64,000 nt of DNA from an uncultured virus (IMG/VR IMGVR_UViG_3300042336_000257) (IMGVR_UViG_3300042336_000257:1-64000), one strand, 5' to 3'; positions 37,025 through 47,875 are shown, counted from the stretch's first letter. Program-made: numbers and translations. Notes: generated by a model from the sequence alone, not told the origin.

Positions 37025-37706
37025 CTGGATTATTTTTATTGCTGTATTCTTGTTGCAACTCTTTTGCTAGTTTCATAGCACGACGCCACATTAGATATTT
37101 TACCACAGGATTACGTGGATTATTCAATAACCACCATTTTTGTTTCTCAAAGTTAGATTTTGCTAACTTTGTAATGTAATAAAAAGCAGCAGCGACACTA
37201 TCATCGGTTGCGATGAAGTATGCCACTACTGCAAATACGATAAACCAAGCGTAATAAGTCATCGTCTTAAATTTTTTAAATATTCTAGCACTTGCTCACG
37301 CACTGCCATTAATTCATTATAGCACTTTTGTTCGTGTGCATCTTGTCTGAGTTCGTGATCTGGTTTATGGACGCTCTCAATAAACAAATCCAACCCTTTA
37401 TTCCATTTAATTTCAGGAGTCTCTTCCATAATCAGTATCGTAGTTATACTATTTAACGGGTTTAAAGAAACTTGTCTAAACTGGAAACCGATGCGCCTTT
37501 TGCGGACTTTTGAATGTAGGTTTTTGCGGACTTGTAATTGTTTGCCACATGAATTTGTTGCCCATTGTGAATGATGACAAACTTTTTAGAATTTACCATC
37601 GGAACAGCAGCCCACATACCATCTTTCGTCACATAACCTTGAGGGTCTCCTGGAGTTGGGTCAAGAATACCAGGACGATCGATAAAAGATTTTTGAAAAG
37701 ATTCAC

Positions 37707-37850
37707 TCATCCGAATACCGCAGTGACTCCCATGACCTTAGCATTAGGATTACGGGCGAGGGCAACCTGACGTGCTTCTTGGTAGTCACGTGCCTCAACA
37801 ATCTCATCAAAGACCTTGCCAGCGACATAGAGTTGGACTTTGCAGCGCAT
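37707..37850 (-). CDS. small conserved cyanophage protein (47 aa)
   Basis: Manual translation MRCKVQLYVAGKVFDEIVEARDYQEARQVALARNPNAKV. Confidence 0.65.
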   Translation of the reverse strand: MRCKVQLYVAGKVFDEIVEARDYQEARQVALARNPNAKVMGVTAVFG

Positions 37851-37892
37851 TGGGGGGATTCCTCCTGATGTGTAGGTAGTTTAGCAGAAAAC

Positions 37893-39128
37893 TCAGCGTT
37901 TGACAACGCTGATGGCAGGCAAACCCTGCTGGAACACGGTATCGACCACCGCTTGCACCTTCTTAGCGGTGCTGATGCCCACAGAAGAATAGACAGGGAT
38001 GCAGACCAACCCAAAGGACTTGGTGTAGTCCTGAAGGGCACCAGGGGCGATCCTGCCGCTGCTGAGACCCTCTGCATCGTCCTTGTGCAGGCGAATCACC
38101 CGTCCGATGGTCTGGGAGATGCCGATGTAATCCATAGAGCGCATAAACAGCACTGCCTCCAGACCAGACACGTTGATACCCTCGCTCAGGATGCTGTGAT
38201 GAAGAACCACAAACTTCTTAGAGTCATCCTTGCCCCAGGCACTCAGAGTGTCGAAAAACACCTCACGATTGACCTTCTGACCATCAATCACAGCACCAGT
38301 CTTGGAAGTGATATACATCCAAGAGAACCCACGGTCTTCCAGTTGCTTACAGAAGTCAGTCTGAGAAACCAGAGAAACAATCTGCTTGGTTGCCTTAGAG
38401 CAGATGAGAACCTTGCCCACTTCCTGAGCATCGATGGTCTGAATCAGATTCTCACAATCTACATCAGCAACAATCTGACCCTTGCTAAGAAGTTCAAACT
38501 GCTGAACAACAACCTTAGGGGGAACAATGAAACCACCCTCAACCAGTTCTGGGGCAGGCACATTGCAGATGACATTGCCATAAACGGCAGCGTCATTCAT
38601 GCCAGGTTTTGCAATAGTGGCAGAATGCTTAGGAGTAGCAGTGAAGAAATAGCAGCGGTCAGCAGCAGAAGCGAAATGCTCGGTGGCAGGGAAGAAATGA
38701 CGTTGGACAGAGTTGTGCGCTTCATCAAAGTAAATGGTATCAACGTGAATATCTGCCTGTTGCAGACGCTGCAGGGAGTTGTAGGTGGTGAAAATCAGTT
38801 GATGCTTATATGCACGACGAGACCAGTTATAAATCTCAGAAGGTTTGGTCGTGCTCTGGTGATGCGTCTCACCACTATGAACGTGAAGAACAGCAGCAGT
38901 CGTGATAAACTCAAGGAACTCGCTGGACAATTGCTCTGCCAGGATGATTCTCGGGCAGCACACTACAATGGTCTTCGGAGCATCAGACTGAAACTCACGC
39001 AGAGCATCAAAGATGGCAATATTGGTCTTGCCGCCGCCAGTCGGAATGATCACCTGACCCTTACGATACTGCAGCAAGGCATCCAGAGCACGTTGCTGGT
39101 GAGGTCGGAGTTGAATCACAGGTCTCAT
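37893..39128 (-). CDS. superfamily 2 (DEAH) helicase
   Basis: LRPHQ, IPTGGGKT, FDEAH, FTATP, ILSEGINV, QTIGRVIR. Confidence 0.9.
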   Translation of the reverse strand: MRPVIQLRPHQQRALDALLQYRKGQVIIPTGGGKTNIAIFDALREFQSDAPKTIVVCCPRIILAEQLSSEFLEFITTAAVLHVHSGETHHQSTTKPSEIYNWSRRAYKHQLIFTTYNSLQRLQQADIHVDTIYFDEAHNSVQRHFFPATEHFASAADRCYFFTATPKHSATIAKPGMNDAAVYGNVICNVPAPELVEGGFIVPPKVVVQQFELLSKGQIVADVDCENLIQTIDAQEVGKVLICSKATKQIVSLVSQTDFCKQLEDRGFSWMYITSKTGAVIDGQKVNREVFFDTLSAWGKDDSKKFVVLHHSILSEGINVSGLEAVLFMRSMDYIGISQTIGRVIRLHKDDAEGLSSGRIAPGALQDYTKSFGLVCIPVYSSVGISTAKKVQAVVDTVFQQGLPAISVVKR

Positions 39129-39258
39129 CGCGTATAGGACTATTATAGCAGAAAACCGCCCCTGGTGCGACCCATGGGACAGTTCTCAAAGTGTCCTAGT
39201 ATTTCATCTTCAACCTAGACAAAGGTAGTCTAGTGGTATTAAAGATGATTGTCAAGTC

Positions 39259-41859
39259 TTATGCCCAAGATCCAGAAACATTTGCTGCTGATGCAGATCC
39301 AGCTGCGTATAGTTCAAAGAAAGTATTTGTAGATACGGTTGGAGCAACCACACTTCCTGCTACAGACTGTGCAAAATCAGGTCTAAATGTTCCACCAGTA
39401 GTTGCATTAGATACAAACCATCCTTCAAGTTCAATTACATAGTTTTCTGCTGCAGTTCCAGTTGGAGTTACAGTTGTTGCAGTTACTACTGTTGCATAAC
39501 CTGAAGTTTGAGATGTAGAAGAACTTTGAGTAAATGATTTATACTTGTATCCAATACTTTGTTGTGCATTACTAAATGTAAATCCAACTTGAAGTCCAGC
39601 TGCTGAACCAGATGCAGTTTTGGTCATTACATAAACCGCTCTAAACTTGTAGAGAGTATTTGCTAATAAAGTTGCAGTATCATTTGCGGCAGGGAAAACC
39701 GCTTCAAGTGTATTATTATTAGTTGCCTTTGTTCTATCAGATGCAATTCTTACAACTTCTGGTGATAGTAGTCCAACCCAAGCAGTTCCACTGTATCCCT
39801 GGAATTGTCCAATAGTGTTATTGAACAGAAGACCACCAGCAATTCTATTGATTGTTGCAATGTTTGTTGTTGGGTTTGGCTCATTTGGTAGAATTGCATA
39901 TGGATTGGTAACCGATGTCCCAACTCTTGCAACTCCTAAGTCAAGAACTGCTCTTGGGGAGAACGTTCCATATCCAACTCCACTATCACCATGCATAGTG
40001 ACAATGTTATCAAAGAATGCAGAACCGCCTCTATGAACTTGGAAAGATGGTATGTAAGCACCTGGTGGGAAATACATTCCAGTAGTTCCAATTCCTACAC
40101 CTGTACATCCAATCGTCCCTACTGCAAACAATGAATGATCAAAAAGTTCATTATAATCTGTACCAATACCAACACCAGACGTTAATACACGTCCCCCATA
40201 TCTTGCATCAATTGCTACGATTGGATTGTCTGTTCCAATACCAATCGAAGTAACACCAATTCTGTAGAATGTTGAAACACCAACACTATTGTTTAATTGA
40301 ATTCCATTTAGAACATTTGGTAGTTGTATTTGCTGTGATGCTGAAGTAACAATACCAGCAACGATCAAATTACCACCAATATATGTGTCTCCAGTGATGG
40401 TCGATGTACCAACAACATGTAGTTTATATCCTGGATTTGTAATTCCCAGACCAAGATTTCCTTGGTATGTTAGGGACATTAATTCTTGATTGCCTTGCCC
40501 ATAAACCCAGTTAAACCTACCAGTATTAATTCCTGCGCCACCAGCATGAATATAATGATTTACGTTTCCAGTGTCATTGTGTCTAATTTCAAATATTTTA
40601 GATGAATAACGAAGAACTGTAGAACTGTTACCAGCACCGATAGAACTACCAAGAGATAGTCTTGTTGCACCATCTTGGCTAATAATTTCAAATAATGATT
40701 CTGTTGGTTTAATAAACTGATATTCTGATGATGGAATTGCAGTTCCAATACCAAAGCGACCATTATTTGCTAAGGTAAATAAAGTTCCACCAGTACCAAC
40801 GTGGAGATATTCTGTAACTGTAGAAATTCCAGTTGTTGAAATAGATGATTTTAATTCAGTAACAGTTGTGACACCTGATACTAATACATTTCCTAATACA
40901 CTAACTTTTGATGTTGGATTTGTCGTGCCTAATCCAATATTAGAAGATGCTGAAGGAATTAACGAAATATGATTTCTAGTTCCGTTTGTTTCTACTTTTA
41001 GCGGTCTATCATATGAATAAATGTTTTGATATCCATTATCAGATGGCCCTTCACCAATCAACATACCATCAGTTGCTGTATTTCCAGTTATTGTGGAAAT
41101 AAATCTTGCGTATGAATTAAAGAAGGTTAATCCATCAATTAAGGAGGAATCTCCTGTTGTTCCAATAAAAGCTCTTCCAGCACCATCGATTGCAAATGGG
41201 CTACTATCTGGAGAACCAGAGTCTTCAACCAGTAATGAAAGTCCCGATCCAAGTTGAGTAATTCTTACAAGAGGTTGTGTTGTGTTTGCAAAGATTGAAG
41301 TAACACCAGTGATTCCTGCATCAACACCAACGAATTGCAATTGTCTAGTTGTTACAATTCCAGTTGCTTTTATATTACCTGTTGAATTAATTCCAACCCC
41401 TTGCTGAGAACCATCTGGATTTCCACCAATTTGCAAGGAAAAATTAGGATAAGTTGTAGCGATTCCAACATTACCAGATGCATAGATGCTTGTATATCCA
41501 AATCCAGGATCAACATCAACCCATTGTGATGTTGGTAGATTTAATAATTTTCCACCATCTCCATAATATGTTATAATACCAGAAGTGGTTGTAGCAGTAA
41601 TAATACCAGTGCTGCTAAACGAAGATATACCTACTCTTAAATTTCCAATAGAAGTCGTTAATCCTGAAACGTATATATTTTCTACCCAAATATTCTTAAT
41701 CGTTGCTAATCCAACAACTTTTGCAGTTCCTCTAACATCTAAAAATTCAGTCGGCACCGAAGTTCCGATGCCGACCAATCCATTTGGATTTACAACGAAA
41801 TTATCATCATCAACCTGAACACCATTTTTAAAATTAAAAGACTTCCTGTAATTTGCCAT
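39259..41859 (-). CDS. tail fibre-like virion protein
   Basis: Repeated VGIGT..P..L.V.G units; GATAAATA late promoter upstream. Confidence 0.75.
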   Translation of the reverse strand: MANYRKSFNFKNGVQVDDDNFVVNPNGLVGIGTSVPTEFLDVRGTAKVVGLATIKNIWVENIYVSGLTTSIGNLRVGISSFSSTGIITATTTSGIITYYGDGGKLLNLPTSQWVDVDPGFGYTSIYASGNVGIATTYPNFSLQIGGNPDGSQQGVGINSTGNIKATGIVTTRQLQFVGVDAGITGVTSIFANTTQPLVRITQLGSGLSLLVEDSGSPDSSPFAIDGAGRAFIGTTGDSSLIDGLTFFNSYARFISTITGNTATDGMLIGEGPSDNGYQNIYSYDRPLKVETNGTRNHISLIPSASSNIGLGTTNPTSKVSVLGNVLVSGVTTVTELKSSISTTGISTVTEYLHVGTGGTLFTLANNGRFGIGTAIPSSEYQFIKPTESLFEIISQDGATRLSLGSSIGAGNSSTVLRYSSKIFEIRHNDTGNVNHYIHAGGAGINTGRFNWVYGQGNQELMSLTYQGNLGLGITNPGYKLHVVGTSTITGDTYIGGNLIVAGIVTSASQQIQLPNVLNGIQLNNSVGVSTFYRIGVTSIGIGTDNPIVAIDARYGGRVLTSGVGIGTDYNELFDHSLFAVGTIGCTGVGIGTTGMYFPPGAYIPSFQVHRGGSAFFDNIVTMHGDSGVGYGTFSPRAVLDLGVARVGTSVTNPYAILPNEPNPTTNIATINRIAGGLLFNNTIGQFQGYSGTAWVGLLSPEVVRIASDRTKATNNNTLEAVFPAANDTATLLANTLYKFRAVYVMTKTASGSAAGLQVGFTFSNAQQSIGYKYKSFTQSSSTSQTSGYATVVTATTVTPTGTAAENYVIELEGWFVSNATTGGTFRPDFAQSVAGSVVAPTVSTNTFFELYAAGSASAANVSGSWA

Positions 41860-41875
41860 CTTATATGGTTTTTAG

Positions 41876-44800
41876 TTATTTATCTGATAATTTTTGCTCA
41901 AGATCACCGACTCTTGCAGAAAGTTCTTTAACTGCTTCAACTAGAAGTGGAATAATCTTTTCATATCTAACAGCGAGATAACCATTGTCTCTTGTAGTTA
42001 CTGCTTCAGGTAGAACCTCTAAGATTTCTTGTGCGATAACACCAACATCATTACCTTCTTTACCTGATTTCTCATTCCAAGTGTAAGTATTACCACTAAT
42101 TGAAAGAACCTTAGCAAGAGGATCATCAATTGGGGTTATGTTATCTTTCAGTCTTTGGTCAGAAGTATAGAATGCAGTAATATCACCAGTTACATTTAGT
42201 TCTCCACTGATTGTAGTGTTGGTGCTGATTGAAACGCTGCTTCCAATCGAAGCATTGATAACTAGGTTTCCACCTCTTGTATCGATTGTTGTTGTTCCTG
42301 CAACACCAATTCTAATACCATCAATGTAAGCCTCTTCAAATGCTCCACCAACAGTACCAATATAAGCACCCTTATCAACATCAGGAATAATACCAGTGTT
42401 AATTGTAACAATATCATCGAGAGTTGATTTTCCATCAACTCCAAGACCACCGCTTACAACTAATGCACCAGTTGTCTTACTTGTAGATTCAGTAACATTG
42501 GTAATTTTAACAATTCCAGTAATTGAAGCACTGTTTCTAATTCTGACTTCTTTATTAAAGGTTACAGGTCCATCAAACTGTGATAGAACAGTTCCAGACT
42601 TGCCACCCTCAACTCTTAGACGCTCCTTAATTAGAACTTCATCAAAGATAACACTCAAACGACCACTTTCTTGTCCAGTGACAGTTGGTACTGGAACGTC
42701 AAAGGTAATTTCTTGCCCTGTTGCGGAACTAGATTTCTTATTACCAATATAGAAATCACCATCACTATTCATTCCAGTATATACAACAACACCAGCAGAT
42801 CTCTTCTGAGATTGTGCTAAGAATGATTCTTTTTCTGTTAGTGATCTAACTTGTACTTGTGGGAGACCAGTTGAATAGTTACCAGGACCAAATCCAAGAT
42901 ATTCAAATGTATGACCAGATGCACGAATGATTGAAGGTCTTCTCAGTTCGATTGCTAGTGGTCTAATCTTTCTAGCGATCGATCCTGTATTATGAGTTTC
43001 TTTACTCGTTCCAAATACACCACGAATAACTACTAATTGATTATTTGAAGATCCAGTGAATTCTGATCCACTGATTCTCATGATTTCATTATCAACTTGA
43101 ATATAAGAACCAAGTGGGAATCTAGTCAGAGTTGAAAGACCACAAATAGTAGATCCAGAAACTGTTATGCTTGACCCAGACTCAATCGTTGCACCCAAGA
43201 AGAATTTCTCATTATCATAGAAGAATGTTCCTCTAGATGCTATATTTTCAGTGGTAGAATCTGAAACAGCATCATTTGAAGACAGTCCATGCTTGAGAAT
43301 ATATTTTGCAGAACTTAATGTAGTTGAAGTTGCGACAGTAAATGTATTAACACCTACTTTTTCATTAACAATATAATCACCAAGATTATTATTATTACTA
43401 TCAATAAACTTAAATTTGGAACCAGCTGTTAAATTATGTGCAAATGATGATGTAAATGTCGTAATTCCCAACACTGGACCAGCAACAGTTGTAACTGGAA
43501 CTGATGGTCCAAGATTAATTATATAATGACCAGTATGAATTTGTGGGTCTGCAGCAGTAATCGCTACAGAAATCTGAGTTTTTGAAGGAATAGATGCAAT
43601 TCTGTAATACCCATCACCTGTTGTTCCAATACCAGTAACTTGAACAACATCTCCAAGGTTAGTCGAAATACCAGTTGAAGCGATTGTCAATCCAGCACCT
43701 ACACCTACACCAATTACAGATGTATCAAAATCTAGTTCTTCACCATCAGTATATCCAGATCCTCTGGAAAGAATCTTAACATCGGTGATTGTTCCACCAC
43801 TGGATACAATAACCTTAGCAGTTGCTCCATCCCAAGTAGAAGTACCATTGTTAAAGAGTTTTACGTTATAATGTGTTCCAGCATTGTAACCACTACCACC
43901 AGAGAATGAACTATAAGTCGTAACACCTGCAAATCCATGCTCACGTCCAAGTGTAATCGTTGCAGTACCAGAATTTACGGAAGCAAAAGAAGTGGAAACT
44001 GCAACAATTGGTAGTCCAATTCCAAAATCTTGTGTAAATAAATCTAGAGATTCTTTAGTAATACTCTTTTTAAGGTCATCAGTTACAACATCACCAATTG
44101 GACTTCTCTTTGCGTAAGTATTTGCAGCAAAAGGATTGTCATCTACATTATCTTTATCAAGTTGTGGATATAAATCTGTTACATTTTGTGCATATTTTAA
44201 ATTTGTAAATTCTTCAGGTACGCTATTATTTGCGTTTAAGAGGTATGCATGATAGATACCATCTTGTACGTCCTTAATGTATGGACGAATGATTTCTGAA
44301 CGATATACAAAATAATTTTTATTTACATCACTTCTTTCGAATCTGGGTAGATTTGTATTTCTGGTTGCAGTATTACTTGTAAATGTACCTGGACTGTGAG
44401 TTACTCCAGTAACATCAACTGTCGAATATCTAAATGTATGGTCATCAACGATACCAGTAATTGCAAACTTACCATTATATCCCTCATTTGATAGTCCGCC
44501 AGTATTCGTGCTACTTCTAACACTCTTAATATTAACTAGGTTTCCAACTTGTAAGTTATGTGGTAATTCAGTTGTTACAGTTACGATTCCTGTAGTACCA
44601 GTAATACATGTACTAATAAATCTTGGATTTCTATGATAATCATAGTCAGTTGCACCAATACTTACTCTACCAGGATCTCCATCATTTCTATATCCAGTAG
44701 AACTTGATTCTTGAACAATAAATGTTTCTGCAGGTGCCTTAGCATTCTCTGCGTCTTTAGGTACAACAATTCTTATCTTATAGAGTTTCTCATCTAGACT

Positions 44801-47158
44801 TCTGGAATCATCAAATCTTTTTACGAAAGTGTTATCAGTTTTCTCACCCAGAATTCCAATACCATAAGTTGCAAATGCATTGTAAATTGGGTTGTTATGC
44901 GTACTGTGGATATACCAGTTTGAGCGGAAAGAGTCCCACTGTACTGGATGTCCTACATCTCCAGATGCTTTGTCAGAAACTCTACTCTGAATCTTGAGTT
45001 TTGATCCACCATATACTGTAACTTCTACATTATTATCAGCATTTGCTTTTGATGAAGCTACTTTAATTGTTGTGCTGGACGAACGAATCGCATAATAAAC
45101 TCTATGCGAAACAATATTTTCTGGGAGATCTCCATCATCACTTGTAATGTAAATACTTTCACCAGTTAAGATGTCATGTGCTCCGATAGTGAAAACATTA
45201 CTAGTAGGACCTGAGGTTACTCTATATTCCTTATAAGCTACGTTTGTTCCTAAAGCAGTGGTTCCAATGCCAATAACATTATTAACCATGCAGATATTAG
45301 CACCAAATGTGCCAATACCACTTCCTAAATTAACATAAAGTTTGTCATCTCTTCTAGCACCAACTCGATATCCTTGAGTAAGAATAGGTGGGGAATCATC
45401 TTGGTTATTAAATCCATAAAGATAAAGATGACTTGAGATTCCAACAGAAGTTGTAAGTCCAACGTCTAGGGATTGCCAATCAATGTCTGCCTCATCAGAT
45501 TTAACTGCTCTTGGACCAACAATTGCAGAAATATAAGCCTTATTATCCTTGTCAAATGCTTCTGCTCTAAATCCATCAGAAGTTAGAGAGAATTGACCAA
45601 AGTTTGAGTTTGAGTTGGTAATCGATGCGTCACCACCAGACTCGGTATTAAAATGGTTAGTAAATCCAATAGCAAACACAGATACAATCTGAATGATTGA
45701 ATCATTCGACATTTTAATATGATTGGTTTCCCAACCTGTTCTATAGACTGCGCTTGAATCTAAGTGATAGACTTTATCCTTATCTAAAGAAGAAGCACCT
45801 GCCGATAATTCTGCTCCCGTCTTTTTAGTAATAGTTATTGATTCGTAGTTTCTATCTACTTCATCATATTTTACAAATGCCCTATCATCTTTTTGTAGAG
45901 AAACACCTGTAAATTGTGCAACAACCATTGAACGGAAACCTGATGCTTTGCTACCATCAGCGTACATTCCATTCATGCCATAAACTGATCTTAGCGAACA
46001 GTTGAAGACATAAGGAGAAGCACCAGAAACAGTATCCGTTTCAATCGTAACTGTTGCACCACTAACATCTGGAAGTGTTAGTAGATTTGGTTGAACATAT
46101 GGGAGAACATATGTAAAGGTATTTGCATTAATTACACTTTGTACCTTTGTAGAAATATTGTAATCATTTACTCCATCAGCAAGACCAACACCCTTAATCT
46201 TAATTGGTGTTCCTTCATTGAACTTATGTTCTAAAACAGTAGTTACTGTAATGATAGGACCAGCAGTTCCACCACTACCAGATTCAATTCTTGCAATCGT
46301 TAATGTATCAGCAGCGAACGCACCAACAATCTCCCATTCTGCTCTTTGCTTAGCGAATCCGCCTGCGTCATCTGGATATTTTTCTGGAATATCTCTTACC
46401 GAATTGAATGCATTTGACAATTTGCTATAATACATGTCAAGATCGGTTAAATCATAACCGACCACTTCATTTACACCATCAGCATACTCAAAGCAAGTTA
46501 GTTTATGGTGAGAAAATGTTGGGACTGAACGATTATTTTCAGAAAAATCTATATTATCGGTATAAACAGTTCCAGTCTCACTACCATCAAAAATTGTAAA
46601 TTGCCAAAGATAACAAGTACCAGTTAGCCTAAAAATAGCAGATCGAGGAACATTTGAATCTGTGGGATTTGGTACATACTTTGGTCTTATTTTTGTTTTT
46701 CTTAGGTCTAAACCAACTAATGATGTACCTCTTGGTATAATAACTCCACCATTAACGCTGTTAAATTTGTAGAGAATATTTCCAACTTGGTTAAGGTCAA
46801 AGTTAGAATCTAAATTGAGTGCAATCTGTTCGGATGGAGTTGAGATTGTACCCGAAGGTGACTTAACTTTTACACCAAGTGCGGGGTCATTATAAATCGC
46901 AAATCCTGGTCTATTATCAATTAAATGCTCACCTGGAAAAAGTAAAATTGTAGTTTTTTCAATCGCATCATTATTATTACCTTTTAAGTATGAGAATCTT
47001 GCAGACTCTAGTAACGCCCTTTGTATTGTTTTAAATGGCTTAGCAAGAGAATTTCCTTGATTCTCGATGCTATCCGTTGCTTCAAGATCGTTTGGATTTA
47101 CATATAGAATACGACCTTCAGTATTTTTAATAAAATTATCTAATTTATTAAGAGGCAT
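41876..47158 (-). CDS. large virion structural/tail protein with C-terminal S74 autocleaving chaperone domain
   Basis: SDQRLKDNI..GVIAQE..LPEAV..VRYEKIIPLLVEAVKEL; MPLNKLDNFIKN N-terminus typical of cyanomyophage virion proteins. Confidence 0.85.
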   Translation of the reverse strand: MPLNKLDNFIKNTEGRILYVNPNDLEATDSIENQGNSLAKPFKTIQRALLESARFSYLKGNNNDAIEKTTILLFPGEHLIDNRPGFAIYNDPALGVKVKSPSGTISTPSEQIALNLDSNFDLNQVGNILYKFNSVNGGVIIPRGTSLVGLDLRKTKIRPKYVPNPTDSNVPRSAIFRLTGTCYLWQFTIFDGSETGTVYTDNIDFSENNRSVPTFSHHKLTCFEYADGVNEVVGYDLTDLDMYYSKLSNAFNSVRDIPEKYPDDAGGFAKQRAEWEIVGAFAADTLTIARIESGSGGTAGPIITVTTVLEHKFNEGTPIKIKGVGLADGVNDYNISTKVQSVINANTFTYVLPYVQPNLLTLPDVSGATVTIETDTVSGASPYVFNCSLRSVYGMNGMYADGSKASGFRSMVVAQFTGVSLQKDDRAFVKYDEVDRNYESITITKKTGAELSAGASSLDKDKVYHLDSSAVYRTGWETNHIKMSNDSIIQIVSVFAIGFTNHFNTESGGDASITNSNSNFGQFSLTSDGFRAEAFDKDNKAYISAIVGPRAVKSDEADIDWQSLDVGLTTSVGISSHLYLYGFNNQDDSPPILTQGYRVGARRDDKLYVNLGSGIGTFGANICMVNNVIGIGTTALGTNVAYKEYRVTSGPTSNVFTIGAHDILTGESIYITSDDGDLPENIVSHRVYYAIRSSSTTIKVASSKANADNNVEVTVYGGSKLKIQSRVSDKASGDVGHPVQWDSFRSNWYIHSTHNNPIYNAFATYGIGILGEKTDNTFVKRFDDSRSLDEKLYKIRIVVPKDAENAKAPAETFIVQESSSTGYRNDGDPGRVSIGATDYDYHRNPRFISTCITGTTGIVTVTTELPHNLQVGNLVNIKSVRSSTNTGGLSNEGYNGKFAITGIVDDHTFRYSTVDVTGVTHSPGTFTSNTATRNTNLPRFERSDVNKNYFVYRSEIIRPYIKDVQDGIYHAYLLNANNSVPEEFTNLKYAQNVTDLYPQLDKDNVDDNPFAANTYAKRSPIGDVVTDDLKKSITKESLDLFTQDFGIGLPIVAVSTSFASVNSGTATITLGREHGFAGVTTYSSFSGGSGYNAGTHYNVKLFNNGTSTWDGATAKVIVSSGGTITDVKILSRGSGYTDGEELDFDTSVIGVGVGAGLTIASTGISTNLGDVVQVTGIGTTGDGYYRIASIPSKTQISVAITAADPQIHTGHYIINLGPSVPVTTVAGPVLGITTFTSSFAHNLTAGSKFKFIDSNNNNLGDYIVNEKVGVNTFTVATSTTLSSAKYILKHGLSSNDAVSDSTTENIASRGTFFYDNEKFFLGATIESGSSITVSGSTICGLSTLTRFPLGSYIQVDNEIMRISGSEFTGSSNNQLVVIRGVFGTSKETHNTGSIARKIRPLAIELRRPSIIRASGHTFEYLGFGPGNYSTGLPQVQVRSLTEKESFLAQSQKRSAGVVVYTGMNSDGDFYIGNKKSSSATGQEITFDVPVPTVTGQESGRLSVIFDEVLIKERLRVEGGKSGTVLSQFDGPVTFNKEVRIRNSASITGIVKITNVTESTSKTTGALVVSGGLGVDGKSTLDDIVTINTGIIPDVDKGAYIGTVGGAFEEAYIDGIRIGVAGTTTIDTRGGNLVINASIGSSVSISTNTTISGELNVTGDITAFYTSDQRLKDNITPIDDPLAKVLSISGNTYTWNEKSGKEGNDVGVIAQEILEVLPEAVTTRDNGYLAVRYEKIIPLLVEAVKELSARVGDLEQKLSDK

Positions 47159-47193
47159 TGGATTATTACGACCAGAATATTTCTATGTTCTAT

Positions 47194-47499
47194 TTAGCTG
47201 GTCAAATCCTCCTCATCATGTTCATATTCTAAATCATCTGGTAAGTCTTCTGGGTTTTCTAAATCCACTGCGAAGAAGCAAGGATGTACCTCTTCATCAA
47301 TTAGATAGAAAGAGTTCCTGTACAAGTCTTCTGGCTCAAAAGACCTTTCTTTATCTGCTAATCTACAAAGATCTTGGTCATATAAATGTCCGTCTGGAAG
47401 TTCGTCGAATGTAAATGGAACGTGATTAATAAAGTACATCTTCACGATCATACTGCCATTATTGTACCAGCAGTATGCGTGATCGATACGATAAGACAT
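47194..47499 (-). CDS. conserved cyanophage hypothetical protein
   Basis: IVKMYFIN.VPFTFDEL..YLIDEE.HP. Confidence 0.65.
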   Translation of the reverse strand: MSYRIDHAYCWYNNGSMIVKMYFINHVPFTFDELPDGHLYDQDLCRLADKERSFEPEDLYRNSFYLIDEEVHPCFFAVDLENPEDLPDDLEYEHDEEDLTS

Positions 47500-47530
47500 T
47501 GGGTTTTCCCATATCTTATATTTATTTTTA

Positions 47531-47603
47531 TACCCGTGAGTGGATTCGAACCACCGCTTGGAACATTTTAAGTGTTCTGCCTCTTCCGCTGGGCTACACG
47601 GGC
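47531..47603 (-). tRNA. tRNA-Leu(UAA), short variable loop
   Basis: GCCCGTG/CACGGGT acceptor, GAACA-CTTAAAA-TGTTC anticodon arm, GGTGG-TTCGAAT-CCACT T arm. Confidence 0.85.
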
Positions 47604-47702
47604 GTGTATTTTTTGTTTGATGCCGTGTGTTTGTGAGACTAAATCAAAACCGTTTGATAGATGCCCCACTGGATTCTATCATAAGTTTTGAACCACGACA
47701 AG

Positions 47703-47775
47703 TGCAGGTTGCGAGGATTGAACTCGCCTTCGCCGCTTTATGAGAACGGTCCATTCACCAGATTGGTAAACCTGC
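47703..47775 (-). tRNA. tRNA-Met or Ile2 (CAU)
   Basis: GCAGGTT/AACCTGC acceptor, CCGTT-CTCATAA-AGCGG, GCGAG-TTCAATC-CTCGC. Confidence 0.85.
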
Positions 47776-47779
47776 ACGA

Positions 47780-47867
47780 TACGAGTGCCTGGATTCGAAC
47801 CAGGTCAAAGCCGCTAATCTGGCGGAAAGAGTTTATAAGACTCCTCTGACTACCAAGTCTCACTCGC
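47780..47867 (-). tRNA. atypical tRNA with UAU (Ile) anticodon and long variable arm
   Basis: GCGAGTG/CACTCGT acceptor, GGAGT-CTTATAA-ACTCT, 23-nt variable region, CCTGG-TTCGAAT-CCAGG. Confidence 0.75.
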
Positions 47868-47875
47868 TTCTGCGT

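Noticed and set aside
37953..39137. 394-aa plus-strand ORF
   Set aside because: Antisense shadow of the helicase with no recognisable motifs.
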